Positions 1-7,599 of a stretch of 64,000 nucleotides of DNA are shown piece after piece. The translations under genes were made by a program, and so were the position numbers. Under the pieces are notes generated by a model that was not told the origin of the DNA, ran no database searches, and saw only the letters and a program-made list of their open reading frames with translations. This DNA is from an uncultured Gammaproteobacteria bacterium (GTDB lineage: Bacteria; Patescibacteriota; Microgenomatia; JALYQM01). Where the stretch lies: NCBI GenBank assembly GCA_964403585.1, contig CAYOFQ010000001.1, positions 1,280,826 through 1,344,825 on the forward strand. The letters run 5' to 3'. Each line of letters starts with the position of its first letter. Position 1 is the stretch's first letter.

Positions 1-1454
1 ACTTCATCTACCGGTATACACCAATATTTTTCAGATCAAGCATACTTAATTCAGAAGAACTCGCCTCAATTTATCACTTCCCGAATAAAGCCATTGAAAC
101 ACCATACATTTCCTGGCTAAACGCGAAACGGGCTGCCGCGCCGGCCAATATCCCGGCAAAAGGACTATACCTTGGTAAAAGCGTCTTCCGCGGAACTACC
201 CGCCCGATATTTATCGGTGACGACGATCGCCGCCGCCACATGTATATTATCGGTAAAACAGGTACCGGTAAATCCGAATTCCTCAAGCAAATGGCCATGC
301 AGGACATCAACGAGGGCAAGGGACTCTGCTTCATGGACCCGCACGGGACCGCTATTACTGACATCCTGCAACTCATTCCACCGGAACGCGCTGAAGACGT
401 TATTCTTTTCAACCCCTCCGACCTGGATTTTCCGCTGGGATTAAACTTGCTGGAGGCCGAAACTGAAGAACAAAAACACTTCATGGTTAACTCAATCATT
501 GGATTAATGTATAAGCTGTACGACCCGCACCAAACCGGTATTATCGGGCCACGGTTTGAACATGCAATCCGCAATGCCATGCTTACCGTTATGTCTGTTC
601 CCGGCAACACTTTTATTGAAGTCGTCCGCGTCCTTACCGATTCAAAATATATGCAGGAGTTATTGCCGCATGTTCAGGACCCGATGGTCCGACGCTATTG
701 GACAGACCAGATCGCCCAGACATCCGACTTCCATAAATCTGAAGTTCTCGACTATATCGTTTCCAAATTCGGCCGCTTCGTTACCAACAAAATGATGCGT
801 AATATTATCGGTCAAAACAAATCAGCGTTTGACTTCCGCAAAATTATGGATGAGAAAAAAATTCTCTTAGTTAATCTGGCCAAAGGAGAAATCGGCGAAG
901 AAAACTCTAATTTCTTGGGACTGGTACTCGTACCGCGCATTCTTGTAGCCGCGATGTCCCGCTCCGACGCGATCGCCAAAAATATCCCGTTCCCCGACTT
1001 TTATCTGTACGTCGACGAATTCCAGAACTTCGCCACATCAACGTTTGCCGACATTCTTTCCGAGGCTCGTAAGTTTAAATTAAACCTGATCGTGGCCAAT
1101 CAGTTCATCGGCCAGATGGAGGAAAATATTAAAAATGCCATTTTTGGCAACGTCGGTACCATTGTCTCATTCCGAGTTGGTGTTACTGATGCCAACTATC
1201 TCCAGCATGAATTCCAGCCAACATTTAATGAGCAGGATTTGATCAATGTTGAACGCTTTAACGCCTATGTTAAAACATTGGTGAATGGCGAACCGACACC
1301 GGCTTTTTCTTTGGATACAACCAAGGATATTTCAGTAGAACGTGCAATGATGAGTCCGGAACTCGCAGAAATGATCAAAGAACTTTCACGCTTGAAATTC
1401 GGGCAGGATCGCCAAACCATCGAAGTTGAAATGCAAAAACGATCTAATCTATAA
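1..1454 (+). CDS. Type IV secretion coupling-protein-like P-loop ATPase (VirD4/TraG/TraD family), 5'-truncated by window edge
   Basis: Reading frame is open from nt 3 with no stop; Walker A GKTGTGKS, Walker-B-like YLYVDEFQNF, followed by an R/Q-rich segment resembling the TraG/TraD C-terminal domain; stop TAA at 1452-1454. Confidence 0.6.
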   Translation, partial: FIYRYTPIFFRSSILNSEELASIYHFPNKAIETPYISWLNAKRAAAPANIPAKGLYLGKSVFRGTTRPIFIGDDDRRRHMYIIGKTGTGKSEFLKQMAMQDINEGKGLCFMDPHGTAITDILQLIPPERAEDVILFNPSDLDFPLGLNLLEAETEEQKHFMVNSIIGLMYKLYDPHQTGIIGPRFEHAIRNAMLTVMSVPGNTFIEVVRVLTDSKYMQELLPHVQDPMVRRYWTDQIAQTSDFHKSEVLDYIVSKFGRFVTNKMMRNIIGQNKSAFDFRKIMDEKKILLVNLAKGEIGEENSNFLGLVLVPRILVAAMSRSDAIAKNIPFPDFYLYVDEFQNFATSTFADILSEARKFKLNLIVANQFIGQMEENIKNAIFGNVGTIVSFRVGVTDANYLQHEFQPTFNEQDLINVERFNAYVKTLVNGEPTPAFSLDTTKDISVERAMMSPELAEMIKELSRLKFGQDRQTIEVEMQKRSNL

Positions 1455-1549
1455 AAATTCCATTGACGTCCTTTAGGGCAAAGGCGTTCAAACTTATAAA
1501 TCTTGTCCACTACTTGCTTTTTTAAACAGCCTATCGCTACACTAAACCC

Positions 1550-1768
1550 ATGAACCAAAAAACCAAACTAATCATTTCTATTGGGCTTAATATTTCCCTG
1601 ATAATAACTTTAATCACAATACTCATTGGAATTTTCGGCACCACCGCCTTTGACTTTTTCTTATTTAAAAAGACGTTACCTACCATATGCACTGAATCTC
1701 AAAAAAACGGTACTGAGCTGCGTGCTATTAATCCGGACGGCACTACCGCCGACATATGCCAGTTCTAA
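1550..1768 (+). CDS. Small membrane protein (72 aa), hypothetical
   Basis: ATG ORF with N-terminal TM helix and two C-terminal Cys; TTGCTT-18-TACACT promoter-like boxes end 6 nt before the ATG (leaderless arrangement); no homology recognised. Confidence 0.3.
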   Translation: MNQKTKLIISIGLNISLIITLITILIGIFGTTAFDFFLFKKTLPTICTESQKNGTELRAINPDGTTADICQF

Positions 1769-3357
1769 GGTGCATATCGACCATATGCCTGGGCGGCAGG
1801 ATTTCGGGGTCGGAAATCTGAACCAAGTTGCGGATCAAGCCGCACATTAGCTCCACCACCATTACTCAATGAGGACGGCGCAACGCCGCTTGAACCGTCG
1901 CCGGCATTCTCATACGCACTGTTCGAGGTACCACCATTAGTCCGATCCGAAATATTGTACGAATCGCCGGATTTAGCTAACAAATTACGGTACATTTTTA
2001 CTCCTGATGTATCACCCGAAACCTGCATATTCGAAGGACCAAGATTATTATAAAACGTGTTGTAACGAACAGTTATATTTCTCGGACCACCACTTCCTGA
2101 AGGCGGACCCATTTTTACGCCGCGCCCGCGCGGACTGTTCGCAAAAATGCATCGCTCTATAATACCGTTGCTTGTCTCCGAAGCATAAATCAAATGATCC
2201 TGAACATCGGTATGTCCGCCATCGGTATTATCATGCATATAACAATTGGCTATTCTCCAGTTAGAAGCTCCTCCTGAAATAAGCACATTTGCATATCCGT
2301 GTGAAGGTCCGACCTCGCCATTAATATACGTCCACCCGTTGCCTTTTAAACTAACCATATGTGGTCCGTACGAATCGGACCCCCAGCGGAAATTTATACC
2401 ATCAATAACCGAACCACTGGAACCCGTCACCGATGAAATACCTTCCACCCAAACCTTTTCTCCGGGATACGCTTTCACTGTTGCCCCCGAAGGGATGGTC
2501 ACCGTAAGTTTTCCGTACGTTCCACCATGCACACACAAAGTTTGTCCGGAACCAAGTGAACTGATCGCCGATGCTAACGATTGTCCTGGCGAAACGGAGC
2601 TCCCCGAACAATTCCCCCCGCCGGTCACTGGCGGCAGAGTGAACAAAGTCGGAACCGGTGTTGCGGTTCGGTTTGGCGTCGGTGTTGGTGTAACCACTGG
2701 CGTCGGCACACTTACGACTCCTCCTGAAGAAGCTTTTAACGCCACCAGGTACATTGAATATGCCGGATTTTGAGCATCACTTGCCGCATGAAATTGCACG
2801 TTAGTACCTGAAGCATAATTTTTTGACCAGATATCATATAAACCGATTAATCCCTGCTCGTTCTTCCGCAATAAATATTGATTTATGTTGGATAAATCGT
2901 CTGTAGTCCCCCGTGTATAATTTTGCGAAATCCAGTTTGGAACACCAATCCCAGGTATATGACGGGTAAAAATATATACCGTAGCAGCTTTTTGCAACGT
3001 AAGTCCCCAATCGAATGTAGTCAAATCTTTAACACTGGCGTTTCCAAGTTGCACATACGGTAGATTAATATATGTCGATGCAGGATTAAAAAAAGTAAAC
3101 CGGCTATCATCACTGTACATCTGCTGTCCGGCAACTAAACAGCTTTTCTGCATAGTTGTAGTAAAAAAACTTGTATCACACGCAGCACTGGTTCGATCCA
3201 CTTGGCTAAACTCACCACGCTTAATCGGACCATACATAAGTATTCCAAGTAGAAATGTAAAAAATGCAGCCACTCCCACTACCGGAATATGTTTTCTAAA
3301 TTCAAACATGAATTTATTATCGAAAATTAAGCTACTGATGTCAATGCGACTGAGCAC
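1765..3357 (-). CDS. Membrane-anchored surface protein: conserved N-terminal module + Pro/Thr linker + right-handed beta-helix (pectate-lyase-like) domain
   Basis: N-terminal TM (HIPVVGVAAFFTFLLGILMYG), TPTPTP linker, Gly/Asn/Asp-rich C-terminal repeats typical of parallel beta-helix; N-terminal about 170 aa clearly paralogous to CDS 15378-17069. Track start is GTG; an internal ATG (MFEFRK, about nt 3309) is an alternative start. Confidence 0.65.
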   Translation of the reverse strand: MLSRIDISSLIFDNKFMFEFRKHIPVVGVAAFFTFLLGILMYGPIKRGEFSQVDRTSAACDTSFFTTTMQKSCLVAGQQMYSDDSRFTFFNPASTYINLPYVQLGNASVKDLTTFDWGLTLQKAATVYIFTRHIPGIGVPNWISQNYTRGTTDDLSNINQYLLRKNEQGLIGLYDIWSKNYASGTNVQFHAASDAQNPAYSMYLVALKASSGGVVSVPTPVVTPTPTPNRTATPVPTLFTLPPVTGGGNCSGSSVSPGQSLASAISSLGSGQTLCVHGGTYGKLTVTIPSGATVKAYPGEKVWVEGISSVTGSSGSVIDGINFRWGSDSYGPHMVSLKGNGWTYINGEVGPSHGYANVLISGGASNWRIANCYMHDNTDGGHTDVQDHLIYASETSNGIIERCIFANSPRGRGVKMGPPSGSGGPRNITVRYNTFYNNLGPSNMQVSGDTSGVKMYRNLLAKSGDSYNISDRTNGGTSNSAYENAGDGSSGVAPSSLSNGGGANVRLDPQLGSDFRPRNPAAQAYGRYAP

Positions 3358-3362
3358 ACACC

Positions 3363-3391
3363 TTGCCCTTTATCTCTCTCGAAAGTATAAT
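3363..3391 (+). promoter_or_regulatory. Sigma70-like promoter TTGCCC-17-TATAAT upstream of tRNA-Ile(UAU)
   Basis: TTGCCC at 3363-3368, 17-nt spacer, TATAAT at 3386-3391, about 40 nt upstream of the tRNA 5' end. Confidence 0.45.
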
Positions 3392-3430
3392 TGACCTACT
3401 GTGGTGCCAAACCATAGCGTGTTCGTTAGT

Positions 3431-3503
3431 GGAGCTATAGCTCAGTTGGTAGAGCGACGAGCTTATACCTCGTTGGTCCTAGGTTCGAGTCCTAGTAGCT
3501 CCA
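3431..3503 (+). tRNA. tRNA-Ile (anticodon UAU)
   Basis: Cloverleaf: acceptor GGAGCTA/TAGCTCC, D-arm GCTC-AGTTGGTA-GAGC, anticodon stem ACGAG/CTCGT with loop CTTATAC (anticodon TAT), T-arm CTAGG-TTCGAGT-CCTAG, discriminator A. Confidence 0.85.
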
Positions 3504-3535
3504 CAAAATTTACGCTCAATAAATACCCCATAGTA

Positions 3536-3564
3536 TTTACAAAAACACCATTTTGTGCTATAAT
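3536..3564 (+). promoter_or_regulatory. Strong extended -10 promoter (TTTACA-17-TGcTATAAT) immediately downstream of the tRNA
   Basis: TTTACA 3536-3541, 17-nt spacer, TG at 3556-3557, TATAAT 3559-3564; would start a transcript near 3571 running through a hairpin-rich leader toward CDS 3793. Confidence 0.5.
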
Positions 3565-3792
3565 ACATTCGTTTATAGTGTAGTCAGCTCCTTCGCGAGC
3601 TCAAATTACACCGTAAACCTGAGCTTTAAATCTCAGTATGTTCTTTTACATGAGAGGCAATAAGTGACTTTTTTCAAGTCACCTATTCAGACAATAGATC
3701 ATTTCCTGTACGGGATGACCAGCTACTAACTTTATTGGTATCTGCTCGTCCCGTACAGACCCAAGAAAACCGCTTATAAGCAAGGAGTTCAA

Positions 3793-4446
3793 GTGAACAC
3801 TCAACAACGCTATCGCCTGATCGGCGCCCTCACCGCCACCGCCCTGCTCCTGTCACTCGTCGTCGCCTGTGTCATTCGCGTGACCAGCGAAACTCACATC
3901 GAGATCGGCAGCAGCAACCTGAGTGGCGAGCAGTTCATTCTCGAGGCGCTAGACAACGCCCGCACGCCGCACACCCCCGAGAACGAGCTTCTTCGCGATT
4001 ACCTGCAGCACAGCAATAGCACCAGCGAGCTCCCGCTCGAGGCCCTGCGCGACGCGAAGATCAACCCGATTAACAACCACCCGTACGCCCGACAGGCATC
4101 GGCCAACTACTACCCGGCGGAGGGGGAGTACATAACACTGTTCTTCTACAACTCCTCCACACAGCAAGAGGTCGCCATCCGTTTCGACGGTATCGCCTAC
4201 GAGCCACTGCACGGCTGGCAGTTCGTTCAGAACGACGACCACATCACCTTCGACATCGTCGGGCCTGACGGCTATCGCTACGGGAATCTCCGCATTGTGT
4301 TGACCGGCGAGTACTACCAAAAACAGTGGCTAACATGGCAGGAGCCATGGAGCTACGAAGGCGCCATCGCCGGCCCCTACATCGAAGTTCCCAACGGCCG
4401 CCCCAGCCAGCCCGCACCGCCGGTCAACCGCGATCAAATCGCCTAA
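3793..4446 (+). CDS. GC-rich hypothetical membrane-anchored/secreted protein (217 aa), compositionally foreign
   Basis: GTG start 5 nt after a perfect AAGGAG Shine-Dalgarno; strong GC-rich third-codon bias (CTG, GCC, CGC, ATC...) contrasting with AT-rich codons of all neighbours; N-terminal hydrophobic anchor LIGALTATALLLSLVVACVI; no recognisable family. Confidence 0.75.
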   Translation: MNTQQRYRLIGALTATALLLSLVVACVIRVTSETHIEIGSSNLSGEQFILEALDNARTPHTPENELLRDYLQHSNSTSELPLEALRDAKINPINNHPYARQASANYYPAEGEYITLFFYNSSTQQEVAIRFDGIAYEPLHGWQFVQNDDHITFDIVGPDGYRYGNLRIVLTGEYYQKQWLTWQEPWSYEGAIAGPYIEVPNGRPSQPAPPVNRDQIA

Positions 4447-4501
4447 CTGGCACTACGAAAGCAGCGGCGACCGCCTGACATGTACATGAGCCTGTAGGAG
4501 G

Positions 4502-4568
4502 TTTTCCAAAGAGATGATCACGTCTGAGGACGGGACCAGACGACCGATATGGTCATCTCTTTGGAAAA
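4502..4568. repeat. Nested inverted repeat (19-bp outer stem, 6-bp inner stem) downstream of the GC-rich gene
   Basis: TTTTCCAAAGAGATGATCA (4502-4520) pairs with TGGTCATCTCTTTGGAAAA (4550-4568) with one mismatch; the 29-nt loop contains CGTCTG...CAGACG. Confidence 0.6.
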
Positions 4569-4602
4569 CAACTTACTTGCCTCTCATGCTACGTTAAGCA
4601 AC

Positions 4603-4631
4603 TTGCAGATTTCCCCTTAAAAGTTCATAAT
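4603..4631 (+). promoter_or_regulatory. Candidate glmS promoter positioned for a leaderless mRNA
   Basis: TTGCAG 4603-4608, 17-nt spacer, CATAAT 4626-4631, ATG of glmS at 4638 (6 nt after -10); no SD. Confidence 0.4.
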
Positions 4632-4637
4632 GCACTC

Positions 4638-6395
4638 ATGTGTGGAATATTTAGCTACATCGGTAAGAAGAACACTGCCGCTGAAACAGTAATTGACGGA
4701 TTAAAACATCTTGAATACCGTGGCTATGATTCCTGGGGTATCGCATATATTTCCGGTGCGCAATTAAAAACACACAAAGCTGTTGGCAAAATAGTGCATG
4801 TCCCCGACTTTCCTGAGACAACCATGGCAATTGGACACAACCGCTGGGCAACTCACGGAGGAGTCACCGTCGAAAATGCCCATCCGCATGTCGATTGTAC
4901 CGACACAATCGCCGTTGTGCATAACGGTATTATTGAGAACTATCAGGAACTGCGTAATCAGCTTCAGGCCAAAGGTCATAAGTTCAAATCTCAAACAGAT
5001 ACCGAAGTATTTGTCCATCTGGTTGAAGAATATTCACCCGCCGGATTCGAAGAAGCGGTCAAAAAAGCCTTCAGTGAAGTTCATGGTCGAAACGGCTTTG
5101 TCGTAGAACATAAACTGGAAAAAAAACTGATCGGAATTCGCAACGGATCACCAATGATTATTGGAGTCGGAGATAACGAATTCTTTATTGCATCAGACGC
5201 CTCTGCTTTTCTCCCCTACACCCAGAAAGTTATCTTTCTTGAAGATAATCAGGGCGCTGTTATCACCGAAAAAGAATGCTCCTGCTTCGACGTTGCTAAA
5301 AACACTACATTTAAACCACATATACAAACAATTAATTGGACAGTAGATCAGGCCCAAAAAGGTGAATACGACCATTTCATGCTTAAAGAAATCATGGAAC
5401 AACCAAAAACAGTCTATGCCGCTTCTTCGCAGAATAAAAAAGATATTATCGAGTTTGCCAACGCCATCAAAAAAGCCTATGGTTCCTATATCGTAGCCTG
5501 TGGCACCGCCAGCTATGCGGCACTCTATGGCACCTATGCTTTTGCCCGCATCGCTAATCGACACATTAATCACTCCGTCGGATCAGAATTTGAAAACTGC
5601 CAAAAATTCATTACCGATGAAAGTCTCATTATCGCCGTCTCGCAAAGCGGTGAAACAGCAGATACCTTAATGGCTATCGACGAAGCAAAAAGTAAAAATG
5701 CCAAAACTGCGGCCATCGTCAACGTGATGGGTTCAACTTTAATGCGCACGGTAGACATATCATTTCTTTCACACGCCGGTCCGGAAATAGCGGTAGTATC
5801 AACAAAAGCTTTCATTTCCCAGCTGTCTGTATTACTCCTGCTCGCCTACGCAACCAACGGTAAATATGAGGAAGGAAAAGAGCTTCTGAAAAAAACAGCC
5901 AAAGAATTGGAAAAAATGCTCAACCCCACCGTTCTGCAAAATATTAAACAAATTGCCTTAAAACTAAAAAACAGACAGCATGTCTATTGCATCGGCAAAG
6001 GTCAGAACTACCCGATTGCACTCGAGTCAGCGTTAAAAATTAAAGAGGCCAGCTACATCCACGCCGAAGGCTTTGCGGCAGGTGAATTAAAACACGGTGT
6101 CATTGCCTTAATTGAAAAAGATACACCCTGTATTGTCGTGTTTGCCAATGACGAAGATAAAGCCTACATGATTGGCAGTGCCATGGAAGTGAAGTCACGC
6201 GGTGGACATATCATTGGCATCGGTCCCGAGTATAATGAAATATTCGATGAATTTATTCAAACACCGGATATCCCTGAAACATCGCCAATTATCAACACTC
6301 CGGTTATTCAGCTGATTGCCTACTATTTGGCAGTTGCCCGTGGCAATAATCCGGACCGCCCGCGCAATCTTGCCAAATCGGTAACCGTAAAATAA
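4638..6395 (+). CDS. glmS: Glutamine--fructose-6-phosphate aminotransferase (isomerising)
   Basis: Begins MCGIF (N-terminal Cys nucleophile), class-II glutaminase domain followed by two SIS domains, 585 aa, ends ...SVTVK. Confidence 0.95.
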   Translation: MCGIFSYIGKKNTAAETVIDGLKHLEYRGYDSWGIAYISGAQLKTHKAVGKIVHVPDFPETTMAIGHNRWATHGGVTVENAHPHVDCTDTIAVVHNGIIENYQELRNQLQAKGHKFKSQTDTEVFVHLVEEYSPAGFEEAVKKAFSEVHGRNGFVVEHKLEKKLIGIRNGSPMIIGVGDNEFFIASDASAFLPYTQKVIFLEDNQGAVITEKECSCFDVAKNTTFKPHIQTINWTVDQAQKGEYDHFMLKEIMEQPKTVYAASSQNKKDIIEFANAIKKAYGSYIVACGTASYAALYGTYAFARIANRHINHSVGSEFENCQKFITDESLIIAVSQSGETADTLMAIDEAKSKNAKTAAIVNVMGSTLMRTVDISFLSHAGPEIAVVSTKAFISQLSVLLLLAYATNGKYEEGKELLKKTAKELEKMLNPTVLQNIKQIALKLKNRQHVYCIGKGQNYPIALESALKIKEASYIHAEGFAAGELKHGVIALIEKDTPCIVVFANDEDKAYMIGSAMEVKSRGGHIIGIGPEYNEIFDEFIQTPDIPETSPIINTPVIQLIAYYLAVARGNNPDRPRNLAKSVTVK

Positions 6396-6452
6396 AGAAA
6401 CCCCTTGACCTCGCTTTACAGACGTTCTACAGTAATATTTACGAGGAATAAT

Positions 6453-6605
6453 ATGAAAGCTTCAAAAGTAACCAAAATCGGCCTGGCTGCACTATCAGCA
6501 GCCTCACTACTTGCATCATTTGCCACACCGGCATTTGCTCAAGAAAAAAATACTACTACCCCTGGCACAACTATTACAATTTCAAAAACTAATACTAGTA
6601 AATAA
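6453..6605 (+). CDS. Small secreted Thr-rich peptide (50-aa precursor; about 21-aa mature part)
   Basis: ATG at 6453 after GAGGAA RBS; signal peptide MKASKVTKIGLAALSAASLLASFATPAFA then QEKNTTTPGTTITISKTNTSK; the track's TTG-extended start at 6405 was rejected; TTGACC-17-TACAGT promoter-like boxes at 6405-6433. Confidence 0.5.
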   Translation: MKASKVTKIGLAALSAASLLASFATPAFAQEKNTTTPGTTITISKTNTSK

Positions 6606-6621
6606 AAGTAAAGGAAATACT

Positions 6622-6843
6622 ATGAATAAAAAAATTGTCTCACTAATCGCTATCGGCACTTCGGTTTTAATGCTCGCTGCCTGCACTCAAAGTCCAGCTC
6701 CCGAAGCACAGGTACAACCGACAACCCCGGCAGCTACTTCCGAAGAAGTAATGCCGAACGCATCAATCTCGGGTCAAATTGATATCTCCGATGATGCGGT
6801 AACCCAGCGCGAAGCAACCATGTCAAATAAAAAACAACAATAA
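6622..6843 (+). CDS. Small lipoprotein (73 aa)
   Basis: ATG at 6622 after AAAGGA; signal peptide with lipobox LAAC (MLAAC-TQS); Pro/Thr/Ala-rich mature part; the track ORF start at 6511 is an upstream extension. Confidence 0.55.
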   Translation: MNKKIVSLIAIGTSVLMLAACTQSPAPEAQVQPTTPAATSEEVMPNASISGQIDISDDAVTQREATMSNKKQQ

Positions 6844-6875
6844 GCCGTAGAAATAAAAAGTCGATAAAATAAAAA

Positions 6876-6903
6876 AACGACGATTTATTCGTCGTTTTTT
6901 TTG
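6876..6903. terminator. Bidirectional rho-independent terminator between convergent genes
   Basis: A-run, stem ACGACGA / TCGTCGT with 5-nt loop, then T-run (8 T) on + strand. Confidence 0.7.
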
Positions 6904-6925
6904 ATAACTTATGTAATCTGAGATA

Positions 6926-7537
6926 TTATTTATCGAATACCGACTCTGGACTAACGTCTGCCGAAGCAGTAGCTTTCTCAATTATCCGCTGGGTTGCCTT
7001 GGATCCGGCAAAGTGGATAGTATTCTCTGATCCCTCTCGCACTGTGATAATATTAATTCCTTGAATGGTCGAAGGCACTACATCAACTCGGGAACCGGAC
7101 TCAATTGGGGTAGTATCAAGTCGACCTGGTATCGGTCGATTTTCAGGGGTTCGATAATGTGTTAATGCGCTCTTAACCAAATGCCCCGCCAGCTGCGCAT
7201 CCCCGTTCAGTACCGCATGAGTATTATCTAAGGCGGTATCGTTGGCTACGGTATGGCTAAAAGTCTCTAAAGGTTGCCCGTCTGCGAGATATTGCTGTAA
7301 ATCAGCGCTTAAATGGAGCATCCGGTCAACAGCTATAGTTGTTGAATTAAGTACGCTTTCCTGAACATCTTTTGGCAATTGATGCCCACGAAGATCGACC
7401 AAGATTCTATCGGTCATTTCAAGAGCTAGGGTGCTGACCACGGCTCGATTAATATCTCGACTAATCGAAATCGGAGTAGTTTCGGTATTACGATCATTCT
7501 CAATACGAATAGTTACATTAGATTCTTGTTCTGTCAT
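6926..7537 (-). CDS. Hypothetical protein (203 aa), no recognisable domain
   Basis: Long ORF with an ATG start, followed downstream by the bidirectional terminator at 6876-6903; no TM, no motif identified. Confidence 0.55.
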   Translation of the reverse strand: MTEQESNVTIRIENDRNTETTPISISRDINRAVVSTLALEMTDRILVDLRGHQLPKDVQESVLNSTTIAVDRMLHLSADLQQYLADGQPLETFSHTVANDTALDNTHAVLNGDAQLAGHLVKSALTHYRTPENRPIPGRLDTTPIESGSRVDVVPSTIQGINIITVREGSENTIHFAGSKATQRIIEKATASADVSPESVFDK

Positions 7538-7599
7538 AGGGGTAAAAATAAATATAATAACGCGAGTATACTACTCCGCATAGTGTTATAATAGCCTCT

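Noticed and set aside
2246-2773. 175-aa TTG-initiated ORF on the + strand
   Set aside because: Lies entirely antisense within the well-supported minus-strand surface-protein gene 1765-3357. It is the reverse reading of the Pro/Thr linker (Gly/Val-rich low complexity), so it is spurious.
3401-3583. 60-aa GTG ORF
   Set aside because: Overlaps the tRNA-Ile(UAU) gene and its downstream promoter, with no coding signal.
3949-4320. 123-aa minus-strand ORF
   Set aside because: Antisense inside the GC-rich gene. High GC suppresses stop codons and produces long spurious ORFs. The + strand gene has the SD and the strong GC3 periodicity.
4447-4637. Possible glmS ribozyme upstream of glmS
   Set aside because: The conserved glmS ribozyme core (for example GACGAGGA...GGUUAUCGAAUUUUCGGCGGAUGCC-like segments) is not present. 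The region is instead explained by the inverted repeat and a promoter ending 6 nt before the ATG.
6405-6452. TTG/GTG-initiated N-terminal extensions in the ORF track (examples: 6405, 6511, 41744, 49341, 10205, 15505, 55772)
   Set aside because: Each has an internal ATG with better RBS or promoter spacing, a signal peptide or TM beginning right after it, or else the extension overlaps a neighbouring gene. Starts were trimmed accordingly.
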